This document shows, piece after piece, positions 1 to 8,656 of a stretch of 64,000 nt of DNA (the stretch's first letter is position 1; each line of letters starts with the position of its first letter). This stretch comes from a virus. Below the pieces are notes generated by a model. It saw only the letters and a program-made list of their open reading frames with translations, made no database searches and was not told the origin of the DNA. The stretch lies in the IMG/VR virus record IMGVR_UViG_3300031452_000163; one strand, written 5' to 3'. The translations under genes were made by a program, and so were the position numbers.

Positions 1-6
1 CGTGAT

Positions 7-282
7 ATGTCACTTGATATCAAACGCGCCTACGCCGAATTTTTGATCCAGCAGGGCCGTGAGCCTACTGCACTGCTGATATCTCACGAGCATATGATTG
101 GGTTGATGCACCTGCCCAACGTCGCGCATCTCTTTCCGTTGAGGACTCCTTCTAAGAGTCTCCCGACCCACTTCATGGGGATGCGGGTGTACTACATCGA
201 CGACATTGAGTGGCCCGAGGTTGCCGCGACCGTGTCCATCACGGCTTACGAGTACTCGGAAAGCAGCAGGCATCAGCCGTGA
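7..282 (+). CDS. hypothetical protein (91 aa)
   Basis: ORF whose stop overlaps the next start (GTGA). Confidence 0.55.
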   Translation: MSLDIKRAYAEFLIQQGREPTALLISHEHMIGLMHLPNVAHLFPLRTPSKSLPTHFMGMRVYYIDDIEWPEVAATVSITAYEYSESSRHQP

Positions 283-563
283 CGCACGGGCTGGAGAAGG
301 TCATGGAGCACGGCCCGCAATATCGGCTCGACGTGTGGGAGACCGGATTCCGTCAGTCTTGCGTCTTTGACCCCAAGGAGATCCACGACCCGTTCCACAA
401 TATCGTGGTGACGCCAGGTCGTCACCCTCGCATCCTGTGGGCCATTCTGCGGGGTCGCTACCAGATCCACATCGCTGTTCGAGGCACTCTGGCCGCCGAC
501 CGTGTCGTCTTCACCGACGACTACACTGCTTCTAAGCCCGTCGCCTCGGTGCGAGATGAGTGA
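279..563 (+). CDS. hypothetical protein
   Basis: GTG start overlaps the upstream TGA; coupled to the downstream HTH gene. Confidence 0.5.
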   Translation: MTHGLEKVMEHGPQYRLDVWETGFRQSCVFDPKEIHDPFHNIVVTPGRHPRILWAILRGRYQIHIAVRGTLAADRVVFTDDYTASKPVASVRDE

Positions 564-921
564 GAATCGTTTGCGTTTCGGCGACTGGCTACGGGCTCGC
601 CGATTGATGCTTGGGCTTACCCAACGAGAGTATGCCGGGCAGAGTGGCGTTGACTTCGTTTGGCTATCCAAGGTCGAGAATAACCGTTTGGCTCCCCCGT
701 ACTTTGTAGTGGAATATCTCATGAGGCCCATTAGGCAGGCGCTTTCCTATGAAGAGGGCGAAATTGTTGAGCGCGAGGCGCTTGAAGCGTTGGAGACGAC
801 CAAACGGTTAGGACTGGATGAACACCAAATCTCTTATCCAACTGCGTGTGCAAAATCCTGTAACGACCTGGCGCAATGGGAAGAAAAGCTTGAAGCGTGG
901 GACAGCATGAATCGAAATTGA
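556..921 (+). CDS. XRE-family helix-turn-helix protein
   Basis: FGDWLRARRLMLGLTQREYAGQSGVDFVWLSKVENN matches the XRE HTH pattern. Confidence 0.8.
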   Translation: MSENRLRFGDWLRARRLMLGLTQREYAGQSGVDFVWLSKVENNRLAPPYFVVEYLMRPIRQALSYEEGEIVEREALEALETTKRLGLDEHQISYPTACAKSCNDLAQWEEKLEAWDSMNRN

Positions 922-987
922 ACGCACAAAAGCTGTCGCTCAGCCTGGAGGCAGTTAGAAATTGTAGTGACGAGAGGAGGTGAGAAT

Positions 988-1197
988 ATGTGCAACATTA
1001 TTGTTGGCCGGTATGGAGTTGATAGCGGCGTTAGAAATAGCGACGGTTCAGGAACCCATGTTTGGCAGGGATGGATTGAACCAAAGGATAAATCGTGGAT
1101 TGCGTTTATTCGCGCAGACGGCAGTCCGCAATTCTTCCTGAACCGCGACCCTGAAACGGGCGCGATCCTGGACGTTTGCCCCGTCGCAACGGCGTGA
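988..1197 (+). CDS. hypothetical protein
   Basis: Strong SD (GGAGGTG) before ATG 988. Confidence 0.6.
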   Translation: MCNIIVGRYGVDSGVRNSDGSGTHVWQGWIEPKDKSWIAFIRADGSPQFFLNRDPETGAILDVCPVATA

Positions 1198-1245
1198 ACT
1201 GCGGTCTGAATGCGGGATGAGCGGGCAGGCCTATTTTTGAAACGC

Positions 1246-1284
1246 AAAAAAGCCGCCGCCCAGCCCGAAGACCAAGACGGCGGC
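1246..1284 (-). terminator. probable intrinsic terminator
   Basis: GCCGCCG..CGGCGGC stem followed by T6 on the minus strand. Confidence 0.45.
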
Positions 1285-1301
1285 AAAGAGAGGAGTTGTC
1301 A

Positions 1302-1583
1302 GTGAGCGAAGTGTTGTACTCGATGGAGGCAGCGATCTGCGGGATTCGGCAAGAATCGAAGGCGACGGGCGGAATCTCCAGGGCGACAATGGTACGTGGC
1401 TCTGCAAATGGCACACTGCGAGTTAGTCGGGAGTTGATGGTCGGGGAGCACGTGCTTCACCTAACCATCTCTCCGACGGATGGGTGCCCATCCGAGGTAA
1501 CGGTCGCCGTTTCCGATTTGATTGAGATGTTGAACGAGTTCAATCTCCTACCCCACCCAGAGAGAGACAACGGCTCGAATTAG
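1302..1583 (+). CDS. hypothetical protein
   Basis: GAGGAG SD, GTG start; converges on the holin stop. Confidence 0.5.
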   Translation: MSEVLYSMEAAICGIRQESKATGGISRATMVRGSANGTLRVSRELMVGEHVLHLTISPTDGCPSEVTVAVSDLIEMLNEFNLLPHPERDNGSN

Positions 1584-2002
1584 ATACGCTGTGCAGGGTC
1601 GGATGCCGGATTGCTCACGGCTTCGACTACCGGAGGATGAACGGGAACAGCGGCGATTGGTGGAGTGGATGAATCTCCAGTTGTGGAGACTGGTGTAGGG
1701 CCAGGCAGTCCAGTGAGCGCATGGTAGACCGAGATGGCGCTGGTTCCGACTGCGAGCACCGCGGCGAGGACGCCGGTAATGAATTGACCAGTGAATACGA
1801 TGGGCGTGGTTGCTGATGAGTAGAGAATGACCACTGCGGCGGCCAGGAGATAGACGTACAATCGTACAAAATTGGTATGATTTGGACTCGTGGGTTTGAT
1901 GAGGTAGTCAACTAAAAATTTCGAGAATTGACAAATTAGCGCGACAGTGGCCGCTGCTGAGACGAGATCAACGAGGGGCTGAGCGTTGGCGAGAGATGTT
2001 AT
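1580..2002 (-). CDS. holin-like membrane protein (probable ATA start)
   Basis: Frame is open 47 codons upstream of the tracked ORF to an ATA 5 nt after AAGGAG, overlapping the upstream TAA; three hydrophobic segments and a Pro-rich tail. Confidence 0.7.
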   Translation of the reverse strand: MTSLANAQPLVDLVSAAATVALICQFSKFLVDYLIKPTSPNHTNFVRLYVYLLAAAVVILYSSATTPIVFTGQFITGVLAAVLAVGTSAISVYHALTGLPGPTPVSTTGDSSTPPIAAVPVHPPVVEAVSNPASDPAQRI

Positions 2003-2373
2003 GGGGACTCCTTGGGTATCGGCTTGCTATCGTAAATCGTCGTGGGCACGTTAAACACTAACTGCGCGGGCACGCGGAGGTCGCCGCCGTCTTCCGTGCG
2101 AATCAACAGGAAACGCCCCTGCAGGCCGGTAATTGTGCCCGCAAACGGCGCGGGTGATTCTATCCATTTGCCGGGTAGTATCCAGCGTTCGGCGCGGAGC
2201 GTTTTCGCATCGAGGACGGCAAGCAAATAGCCGGACAGCGATTGGCTGAGAGCGAGTGCGGCTATGCCGGTGAATATGGCTAATGACGGATTGTGGCTCC
2301 CGGCGTAGATCGCGTAGACGAGTAGGCCAGCGAGGGTGATAGTGGAAACGATGGCGTGGATACGGTGGTTCAA
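1999..2373 (-). CDS. minimal MscS-like mechanosensitive channel protein
   Basis: ALALSQSLSGYLLAVL resembles MscS TM3; GKWIESPAPFAGTITGLQGRFLLIRTEDGGDLRVPAQLV resembles the MscS beta domain; AAAGGA SD before TTG. Confidence 0.65.
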   Translation of the reverse strand: MNHRIHAIVSTITLAGLLVYAIYAGSHNPSLAIFTGIAALALSQSLSGYLLAVLDAKTLRAERWILPGKWIESPAPFAGTITGLQGRFLLIRTEDGGDLRVPAQLVFNVPTTIYDSKPIPKESP

Positions 2374-2463
2374 TGGCGGTCCTTTCGTCGTCTCAGGTTG
2401 GGCAAGCCTAGGTGATCCATGGTATAATGACCATATAAACCATGGCAATTTAGGGGGGCGTAT

Positions 2464-2997
2464 ATGGCTGAAGTTGTGACGTTGCCAGAGTTGGCGACGG
2501 AGTTAGGCATGGATCGATCGAACATGCGCAAGTATGTTTTGAAGAACGGGTTTCAGGTATTGCAGGTGCGCACGCCAGAATCGAAGGGTCAATTGGTTCT
2601 AGCACTGTCCCAGGAAGATGCAGAAGCGGTTAGGGAGTCTCGAATGCGACAGGGCTTCCTCATTTCGGGCGTGTCCGGTGTATCCATCGAAGTGGGAAGT
2701 GGCTCCTTCTACATCGTGCAAATTGTTCCAGACTTGGATGAGCACCGAGTGAAATTCGGATTCGCAACCGACACAATGCGACGACTCGATTCCTACAAAA
2801 CGATTTCACCTTCCGCTCAATTGGTCAAGATGTGGCCATGTCGAGCATCGTGGGAGATAGCGGCTATTGCCAGCATCTGTCGTGTTGGCTGTGTCTCGAT
2901 GGGTGGCGAGGTCTTTACCTGTGACAGTTTGGAAAGCATCGTGGAGCGTGGGGACGCCTTTTTTGAGATCATGCCGTCTATCGCCAAGGACTCCTAG
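2464..2997 (+). CDS. HTH + GIY-YIG-like (T5orf172-type) endonuclease
   Basis: N-terminal TLPELATELGMDRSNMRKY HTH; FYIVQ..RVKFGFATDTMRRLDSYKTISP motif. Confidence 0.7.
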   Translation: MAEVVTLPELATELGMDRSNMRKYVLKNGFQVLQVRTPESKGQLVLALSQEDAEAVRESRMRQGFLISGVSGVSIEVGSGSFYIVQIVPDLDEHRVKFGFATDTMRRLDSYKTISPSAQLVKMWPCRASWEIAAIASICRVGCVSMGGEVFTCDSLESIVERGDAFFEIMPSIAKDS

Positions 2998-3050
2998 CCA
3001 AGTTTCGACCAGCCGGAGCTTGATACAAATACAGTGAAAGCGAGAGCGAA

Positions 3051-3692
3051 GTGAACAACAGCAAATCAGCCATTAAAGTTCCGGCTCTGTCAACGGCTTA
3101 TGGTGGGCGCATCTTTGGGAGTCGTTACAAGGCGCGGTGGGCTCTATTCATGGACCTAATCGGCATAGAGTACGCTTACAGACACGACGGAAATTATCAG
3201 TCTTTTGGCGCATGGGAGCCGGATTTTTGTGTGGATGCTGGAGCCACATACCTTCATGTCTCGCCACTTCCAATTGAATCGGAACGGTTGAATCAGGCGA
3301 AATTTTTTGTTGAAAAAGCAAATGCAGAGCAAGGCTTTACCCAGCTCTTTTTGATTCATGGCCGCATCGGTGCACCTCGGCGCGCGGATGACAGTCCATA
3401 CGTAATGAGGAGGCTTTGTAAGCATGATTCGCGAAGCTTTCCGAAAGACCCGCCAAGTTTCGCGCTTGAGGATATCCGCTATGCGTGGGGTGAGTGCGCG
3501 AATTGTTTCGATGTTTCGCCGAATTTTGCAGATGGCGATCCTTCATGTCGGTTTTGCGGAGAAGACACGACGTGCACCTCGGAAGCCTTGAAGGAAGCCT
3601 ATCGCGCTGCTCAGTCCATCAAGCTAGATTCCTGGGCCAATCTTCGATTGACGTTGGCAGTGAGGCCGACCAAAGTTGAACTTCTAACCTAA
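3051..3692 (+). CDS. PD-(D/E)XK-like phage protein, degenerate active site
   Basis: TAYGGRIFGSRYKARWALFMDLIGIEY..PDF resembles the FRSRLEARWA..YEPE..PDF..EVK family. Confidence 0.55.
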   Translation: MNNSKSAIKVPALSTAYGGRIFGSRYKARWALFMDLIGIEYAYRHDGNYQSFGAWEPDFCVDAGATYLHVSPLPIESERLNQAKFFVEKANAEQGFTQLFLIHGRIGAPRRADDSPYVMRRLCKHDSRSFPKDPPSFALEDIRYAWGECANCFDVSPNFADGDPSCRFCGEDTTCTSEALKEAYRAAQSIKLDSWANLRLTLAVRPTKVELLT

Positions 3693-4556
3693 AAAATCCA
3701 CAGTCATCCACGTCGTACCATTCACCGTCACAATACCGACTCCAACCGATGAATAGGCGCTGCTCAGAATCGAGCAGGCGTGGTTTGAGCCGGACGCGCA
3801 ATACGCCGCGTCGTGTGGTTCGGCCATCATCTGGCTATGGATTGTCTGGAGTGCTTGCTGGACTGGCCCAGTGGCGTAGCCGATATTTTCGCCAGCAGCA
3901 CGAATCGGCGACACGCAGATATCCGCTGGGAACTGGTCGTGTGCCAAAACGTCAGTAGCCGCCATATGTGTCGCGTGACCATGCGAGCCGACACAGGAAC
4001 CGGTACCGTCACTCTCTGTCTGGTTGATCGAGTACGCTGGCAGGCCATAGCTCGCCCTGGTCTGATTCATTAGGTACAGCTCGTAGGCCACCGGATCAGA
4101 CGGTGGGACGGCCTGCGTCGGTTGTGGCGCTGGCGTGTCCGTCGGCTGAGGTGGCGCAATGTACGGTGTCGGCGTTTGGAAAGCAGGTGGAAAGTAGGGT
4201 GTCGATGTTGGTTTCGGCGTTGGCCGAGTGCTGAGAATCGTCACTGTGTCCCGCATGGTGCAGTGCTGAAACCGTTGCGTCCAGGTCATGCCACGGCGAT
4301 GCTCGCGGCTCACTGGTTGACCGCAGGAGCGGTGAGCCGGCCACAGTTGAGCGAAGTGCGTTGTGCCATGTGTGGAATAGCGTTGCCATGCTTGAGCCAG
4401 ATTCGAGGCTTGAGTGCCTGGGGCGGTGTAGGTAACAGCCTCTCCGATGTTGGCGGGTTGTGCCGGCTTATCGGGTCCGGTTGTACTTTTGCCGATGAGC
4501 CAGCCGATAGCGATTAACATTGCAGATGTCACGATGATGGTGCTAAGGGATCTCAG
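3684..4556 (-). CDS. membrane-anchored CAP/SCP domain protein (probable CTG start)
   Basis: MNQTRASYGLP, H..HM, GENIG, NHACSILSSAYSSVGVG, WMTVDF motifs; N-terminal TM; Pro/Thr linker. Confidence 0.85.
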   Translation of the reverse strand: MRSLSTIIVTSAMLIAIGWLIGKSTTGPDKPAQPANIGEAVTYTAPGTQASNLAQAWQRYSTHGTTHFAQLWPAHRSCGQPVSREHRRGMTWTQRFQHCTMRDTVTILSTRPTPKPTSTPYFPPAFQTPTPYIAPPQPTDTPAPQPTQAVPPSDPVAYELYLMNQTRASYGLPAYSINQTESDGTGSCVGSHGHATHMAATDVLAHDQFPADICVSPIRAAGENIGYATGPVQQALQTIHSQMMAEPHDAAYCASGSNHACSILSSAYSSVGVGIVTVNGTTWMTVDFLG

Positions 4557-4566
4557 GGCATCCTCC

Positions 4567-4577
4567 TATACTGGGGC
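4567..4577 (+). promoter_or_regulatory. -10 box of a probable leaderless transcript
   Basis: TATACT 5 nt upstream of ATG 4578, no SD. Confidence 0.5.
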
Positions 4578-4889
4578 ATGGAAGAGGCAGAGTTTCGGAT
4601 TGGGGATGTGGTACGTGTGACAGCGCCTCACATCGCATGGAATGGTGATGTTTATCAGCCTCCACGGCCCGTGCATCCAGAAAAACTAGCGCCAGCGGGT
4701 GCTGAGGGCGTTGTGAAACTCTGCTACTTGTATCCAAGGGGATACGGGAATGCGGAGTGCCCCTCTGAATGGCGCATCGTTGCAATCCCGGAAATGCGGT
4801 GCTTCGTTCATGTCCCAGTTGACCATCTGGAGTTCATCGCGCACCAGTCGTCACCGGAAGAGATCACGGCTATGTATGCTACGGCTTGA
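4578..4889 (+). CDS. small SH3/KOW-like protein, paralogue A
   Basis: FRIGDVVRV..VAIPEMR..LEFIAHQSSPEEITAMYA; clear paralogue at 11666. Confidence 0.7.
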   Translation: MEEAEFRIGDVVRVTAPHIAWNGDVYQPPRPVHPEKLAPAGAEGVVKLCYLYPRGYGNAECPSEWRIVAIPEMRCFVHVPVDHLEFIAHQSSPEEITAMYATA

Positions 4890-5307
4890 GCGGCATCGTT
4901 GGTACCGGTACATCTTGCTGCTCGACCTCGTGGACTTCCATATCCTCCGAGCGGTCGATCAGGAGTTGCAACGCTTGCCGTAGCCAGATTCCGTTTTCGT
5001 GGTCGATGTGCGCCCTGAGTACGTCAAACTTCGCTTCCGCCGCTTGTCCCGCGCCGATCAGCGGCATGAGCATGAGTTGCACAAAATTGCTGAGGAGTAG
5101 GTATATCACCAGCCCCGGCAGTGGGTCGAAGTGTTTGGAGAAGGGCAGGAGTTGCCATGCCACCCAAGCAACCGTCCAGGCGATGATGACTACAAACATC
5201 CAGACGGTAAACACGCGTCGGGTGATAGCCATGCTGAGGCGATCGCTACGAGACATTGCGGCGAGGGTTTCAACGCTGGCATTACGGGAGTCATTGACGT
5301 TACCCAT
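4879..5307 (-). CDS. DUF1003-like membrane protein
   Basis: SDRLS..TVWMF..W..FDPLPGLVIYLLLSN..MPLI..Q..RAHID pattern. Confidence 0.65.
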   Translation of the reverse strand: MGNVNDSRNASVETLAAMSRSDRLSMAITRRVFTVWMFVVIIAWTVAWVAWQLLPFSKHFDPLPGLVIYLLLSNFVQLMLMPLIGAGQAAEAKFDVLRAHIDHENGIWLRQALQLLIDRSEDMEVHEVEQQDVPVPTMPLKP

Positions 5308-5312
5308 TGACG

Positions 5313-5555
5313 CTAGTCCCTGATCAGGTGTTCGACACCGCAAATTGCAGCGGCGATGTAGCCGAGAAATCCCATGGTTATCTGCCCGATAAAGCCTCCA
5401 GCCAGAAAGAGGTCTAACTGCTGGTGGTCATAGCTTGGGCCGATGTTGGCAATCACAATCAGGAAGATGGGCGCGATCAGCCAATTCAGCCCGGCAAATA
5501 TGAAGTAGTGTAATGCTCGTGCGCCGTACTTGTTTGTGTTGGGCGTAGTGTTCAT
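5313..5555 (-). CDS. small two-TM membrane protein
   Basis: Two hydrophobic segments; ATGA coupling. Confidence 0.55.
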   Translation of the reverse strand: MNTTPNTNKYGARALHYFIFAGLNWLIAPIFLIVIANIGPSYDHQQLDLFLAGGFIGQITMGFLGYIAAAICGVEHLIRD

Positions 5556-5809
5556 CGCGTGCCGCTTTTTCTATTGAGCAGGCGGTCAATGAATCCACGT
5601 GGATCACGTACTGGTTCCTGATAGACGATTCCGGCCTTGACTTCCACGGCCAAGAGTCGTTGATGGAATCCAGATACCAGCGTTTCGCACGCATCGACTC
5701 GGCTCTTCAAATCCGAGACGTTCCACTGCTCGGACATAACCTGCGCCTGTGTTCCGCTCAAGACGGCACTCTGGATGTTTTCCTGCATCTGGTCATTTTG
5801 CTCGTTCAC
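5552..5809 (-). CDS. hypothetical coiled-coil protein
   Basis: AAGGAG SD and GTG at 5809 overlapping the upstream TGA. Confidence 0.6.
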   Translation of the reverse strand: MNEQNDQMQENIQSAVLSGTQAQVMSEQWNVSDLKSRVDACETLVSGFHQRLLAVEVKAGIVYQEPVRDPRGFIDRLLNRKSGTR

Positions 5810-6030
5810 GATGTACTCCTTTTGGGTGTATCTTGCGATGAATTGGTAGCGATATTGGTAGCGGTGAGAGAACATGGCGCGTAATTGTCGAGCTGCGGCC
5901 AAGAATGTGGCCAGACATAGATCTCCTGAAAGCGGAATTGATCCAGTTCATATCCGTCCATACCGTGTCGTCTAGCCAGATGGCGTGGATTGCGAGATTT
6001 ATCACGCGGGTCGGGCGGCATGCGGGTCAC
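5806..6030 (-). CDS. 74-aa protein repeating a C-terminal motif of the upstream gene
   Basis: GTGA overlaps at both ends; RRHGMDGYELDQFRFQEIYVWP vs RRGVDGYELDMFRYQQLYWWP. Confidence 0.55.
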   Translation of the reverse strand: MTRMPPDPRDKSRNPRHLARRHGMDGYELDQFRFQEIYVWPHSWPQLDNYAPCSLTATNIATNSSQDTPKRSTS

Positions 6031-7142
6031 CTGTGTGCCTTTCTGTGAGGGCATGGTAGGCCTGGAAGCGATCGACACGGTGCCGTGCGCCAGTGTACGG
6101 ATTTGCGATGCACTGAGCGATGGACCGGATATCCCGCCCACTTCACCGCCCAGTGTGGATGGCGTGGCCACCAGTAGAGTTGCTGGTAGCGGAACATGTC
6201 CAACTCATAGCCGTCCACACCGCGCCGTCCCGCAGGGTGCCATGATTCAGCATGGGTAATGCTGCCCGAGCGCTTGGGGCCGTGCTTTTGCCACTGTACA
6301 GCTGCATAGGTGAGGCGACCGTGAGAACGGTAGGCGATGAGGCGCTTGTGATGGTTGGCGAAGTAACTGTTCCAGAGTTTTGCCGGGAATGCAGCGGGTT
6401 TCGGCGTTGGGCGTGGCTTCGGCTTGACGTAATGGTAGTCGGTGCCATAGAGCACGCGGGTGAACCAACTGTAGGCTGCTTGGTCGACCAACATGCACAA
6501 TTGACTATTGGATGGCCCTGGGTTGCCGTTGCCGTACTGTGCCCAGTCTGGCCAGCGCGAACGGCCCACGTAGTTGCCGCCACTAAAGAGCGTGGCAGTC
6601 GGGGCGGATGGCAGCGTGGAGATGTTGCCGACGGTTAGGGCGGTATCATCCTCGGTTTTGCCACGTTTGTGTGTGTCGATGCTACTGGCCGCATGCGGTG
6701 GTAGCGTTGCCGTTACGCCGCCCGCCACCTGCCCTAGATGCAGCAGCGCCGCATGGCCGCCACCGGGCGTGTGGAACTTGAAGACGTAGCCACTGCCTTG
6801 GACATAGACGCTACCGGCGTAGGGGTAGCGGTCCGCTGAACCGCCGGGCAACGTGACTATCTCCTGTGCCGCGTAGGGCAGCAGGTAGTCGATATCAGCC
6901 ACCGGTGGCGAGCCGTCCAGTAGGTTGGCTTCGTAGGCGTAAGCGCTACTCACCACGCCGGTCACGGCTTGTAGGCCGAAGAGTCGTGAACCAGCACAGG
7001 CGTAGGTCACTGAGCCGCATGAGACGGCGCCGGGCAGGGTTGGCACCGTCTGCACTTGGGTGAGGCGTTGGGCGGAGATGAGGAGTGCCAGGATCAGGCC
7101 GAGGATTGTGCCGAGGAGGAAGCGATTGTGGGAGACGGTCAT
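6027..7142 (-). CDS. secreted cell-envelope protein, possible degenerate M23-like domain
   Basis: Signal/TM segment; ADIDY..GHAALLHL; C-terminal module shared with the endolysin. Confidence 0.6.
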   Translation of the reverse strand: MTVSHNRFLLGTILGLILALLISAQRLTQVQTVPTLPGAVSCGSVTYACAGSRLFGLQAVTGVVSSAYAYEANLLDGSPPVADIDYLLPYAAQEIVTLPGGSADRYPYAGSVYVQGSGYVFKFHTPGGGHAALLHLGQVAGGVTATLPPHAASSIDTHKRGKTEDDTALTVGNISTLPSAPTATLFSGGNYVGRSRWPDWAQYGNGNPGPSNSQLCMLVDQAAYSWFTRVLYGTDYHYVKPKPRPTPKPAAFPAKLWNSYFANHHKRLIAYRSHGRLTYAAVQWQKHGPKRSGSITHAESWHPAGRRGVDGYELDMFRYQQLYWWPRHPHWAVKWAGYPVHRSVHRKSVHWRTAPCRSLPGLPCPHRKAHR

Positions 7143-7561
7143 GATGACCTGTCTAACTTTTCTATCGTCCATTCTGAATTCCACCACTGGGTTTTCGCAC
7201 GTACACGGTTCATGTGAAAAAAGCAGACTTCTATGCCGGGAATGTTCATCGGTTCGCTATTCTGTTGCATTCGGTAGATGCTCCTATACGTGCAGTACTC
7301 GCACTCCCCTGTCGGTTTGCCCGACTGACATCTGGAGTTTGTTCCGATTGATTGCGAAACTGGTACGTACAGCGTCGCGGCCAGCGCCTCAAGGTCGCCT
7401 TCACCCAGCTCACGCGCGGCACGGAGGGCGGCCAGGACGTGCTCTTGCGTGCTGGGGATTGGCGGCGACTGGGTGGCATGTTTCGAGTGTTCGATGACCG
7501 TGTATATGAGGAATAGGAGCGTGATCGCGACCACGGCAAGGCCAACATCTAATACCGCCAC
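7139..7561 (-). CDS. hypothetical membrane-anchored protein
   Basis: N-terminal TM; Cys cluster; coupled to the downstream gene. Confidence 0.55.
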   Translation of the reverse strand: MAVLDVGLAVVAITLLFLIYTVIEHSKHATQSPPIPSTQEHVLAALRAARELGEGDLEALAATLYVPVSQSIGTNSRCQSGKPTGECEYCTYRSIYRMQQNSEPMNIPGIEVCFFHMNRVRAKTQWWNSEWTIEKLDRSS

Positions 7562-7565
7562 AACA

Positions 7566-7703
7566 CTACTCGTCTTCGCTGGGGTCTGGGTCGTGCGGTA
7601 GAGGAGTGGCGTTCTCGTGGATCGAGGCGTAAACCAGCAGCGCGATGATGAGCACGACGGCGGTGCAGATGATAGCGGTGACGATGATGCCGTAGATATC
7701 CAT
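7566..7703 (-). CDS. 45-aa single-TM peptide
   Basis: GAGGAG SD, ATG 7703; MDIYGIIVTAIICTAVVLIIALLVYA plus an acidic tail (not in the ORF track). Confidence 0.6.
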   Translation of the reverse strand: MDIYGIIVTAIICTAVVLIIALLVYASIHENATPLPHDPDPSEDE

Positions 7704-7790
7704 GGTGTGCTCCTCTGGTTAGGGCAAATTGTTTAAAATGGAAGGTGCAAAAAGGTAGTTTTCGGATAGAGTTAAGAAGGAGACGCAGCA

Positions 7791-7991
7791 ATGAAGCTAA
7801 CAGCCGAGGAGCTCGCTCAGTTTTTTCATGAAACCTACGAGAAGCTTGCTCCGGAATTCGGCTATGAGACGAGAGAGGCGAGTCGAACTGCATGGGATGC
7901 AGTACCCGAGAAGAATAAGAAGCTCATGATTGCCGTCTGTATACGGGTGCTCCAGCGCCTGTATACGCTCGATATGTACGGCAATGACTAA
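7791..7991 (+). CDS. conserved small phage protein
   Basis: AAGGAG SD; FHETYEKLAPEFGYETR..KLMIAVC motif. Confidence 0.65.
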   Translation: MKLTAEELAQFFHETYEKLAPEFGYETREASRTAWDAVPEKNKKLMIAVCIRVLQRLYTLDMYGND

Positions 7992-8048
7992 AAGTCGTGT
8001 GGCGACAAGAGGACACCGTATGCATAGAGTTGAGTATGGAGGTGCTCT

Positions 8049-8387
8049 ATGAACTTCAAAGGACGAGTCCGACTGAATAGCTTGGCGGCAAGCAAGGCCG
8101 CTACCCCTGTCATCGTGGATGGGAAACCCGATAGCTCGCGCTATGTGATGAAGCCAAGCGTCCAAGTCGTCTTCAATGCCATCAAAGATGGTGATGAGGC
8201 TGACAGCCTCTACGGGACATATACGCCAAGCGGCGAGATCAAGATGACGATTGCAAACCCAGTGATCGCCGACTATCTCACTAAGGTTTGGCATGAATGT
8301 GTGACCGGTGAGGAGGAGCCTGGCGGGACCTCCTATTTAACAGCAAGCGGTCCACGTTTTGAGATTACGTTTCGTCCTCTCGATTAG
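8049..8387 (+). CDS. conserved phage hypothetical protein
   Basis: GGAGG SD; TPSGEIKMTIANP motif. Confidence 0.65.
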   Translation: MNFKGRVRLNSLAASKAATPVIVDGKPDSSRYVMKPSVQVVFNAIKDGDEADSLYGTYTPSGEIKMTIANPVIADYLTKVWHECVTGEEEPGGTSYLTASGPRFEITFRPLD

Positions 8388-8395
8388 GTGAAACG

Positions 8396-8436
8396 GGACG
8401 TAAACCCTAAGGCTTCGAGTCTTAGGGTTTACGTCC
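8396..8436. terminator. perfect 16-bp hairpin (terminator or processing site)
   Basis: GGACGTAAACCCTAAG / CTTAGGGTTTACGTCC directly after the stop codon. Confidence 0.5.
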
Positions 8437-8656
8437 TTCATTGCCAGTCAAGGCAGAGTAAGCTTACTTTCCGTGCCACTTCGGCGTCCAGGTGGCATGA
8501 CGTGGCCACCAGAACAGATTGAGATAGCGGAAGTTTGGCATGTTGACAGCTCCTCTGCACGGGCTAAAAATGCTAAAATAGAGGGTATAGAAAAGCCTCC
8601 GCGCCCGTGAATCAGACGGACCGGAGGCGTTGAGACAGCCTGTAAGGAGGCCATCT

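Noticed and set aside
7549-7893. 114-aa His/Arg-rich minus-strand ORF
   Set aside because: Wrong frame; the SD-supported gene here is the 45-aa TM peptide at 7566-7703
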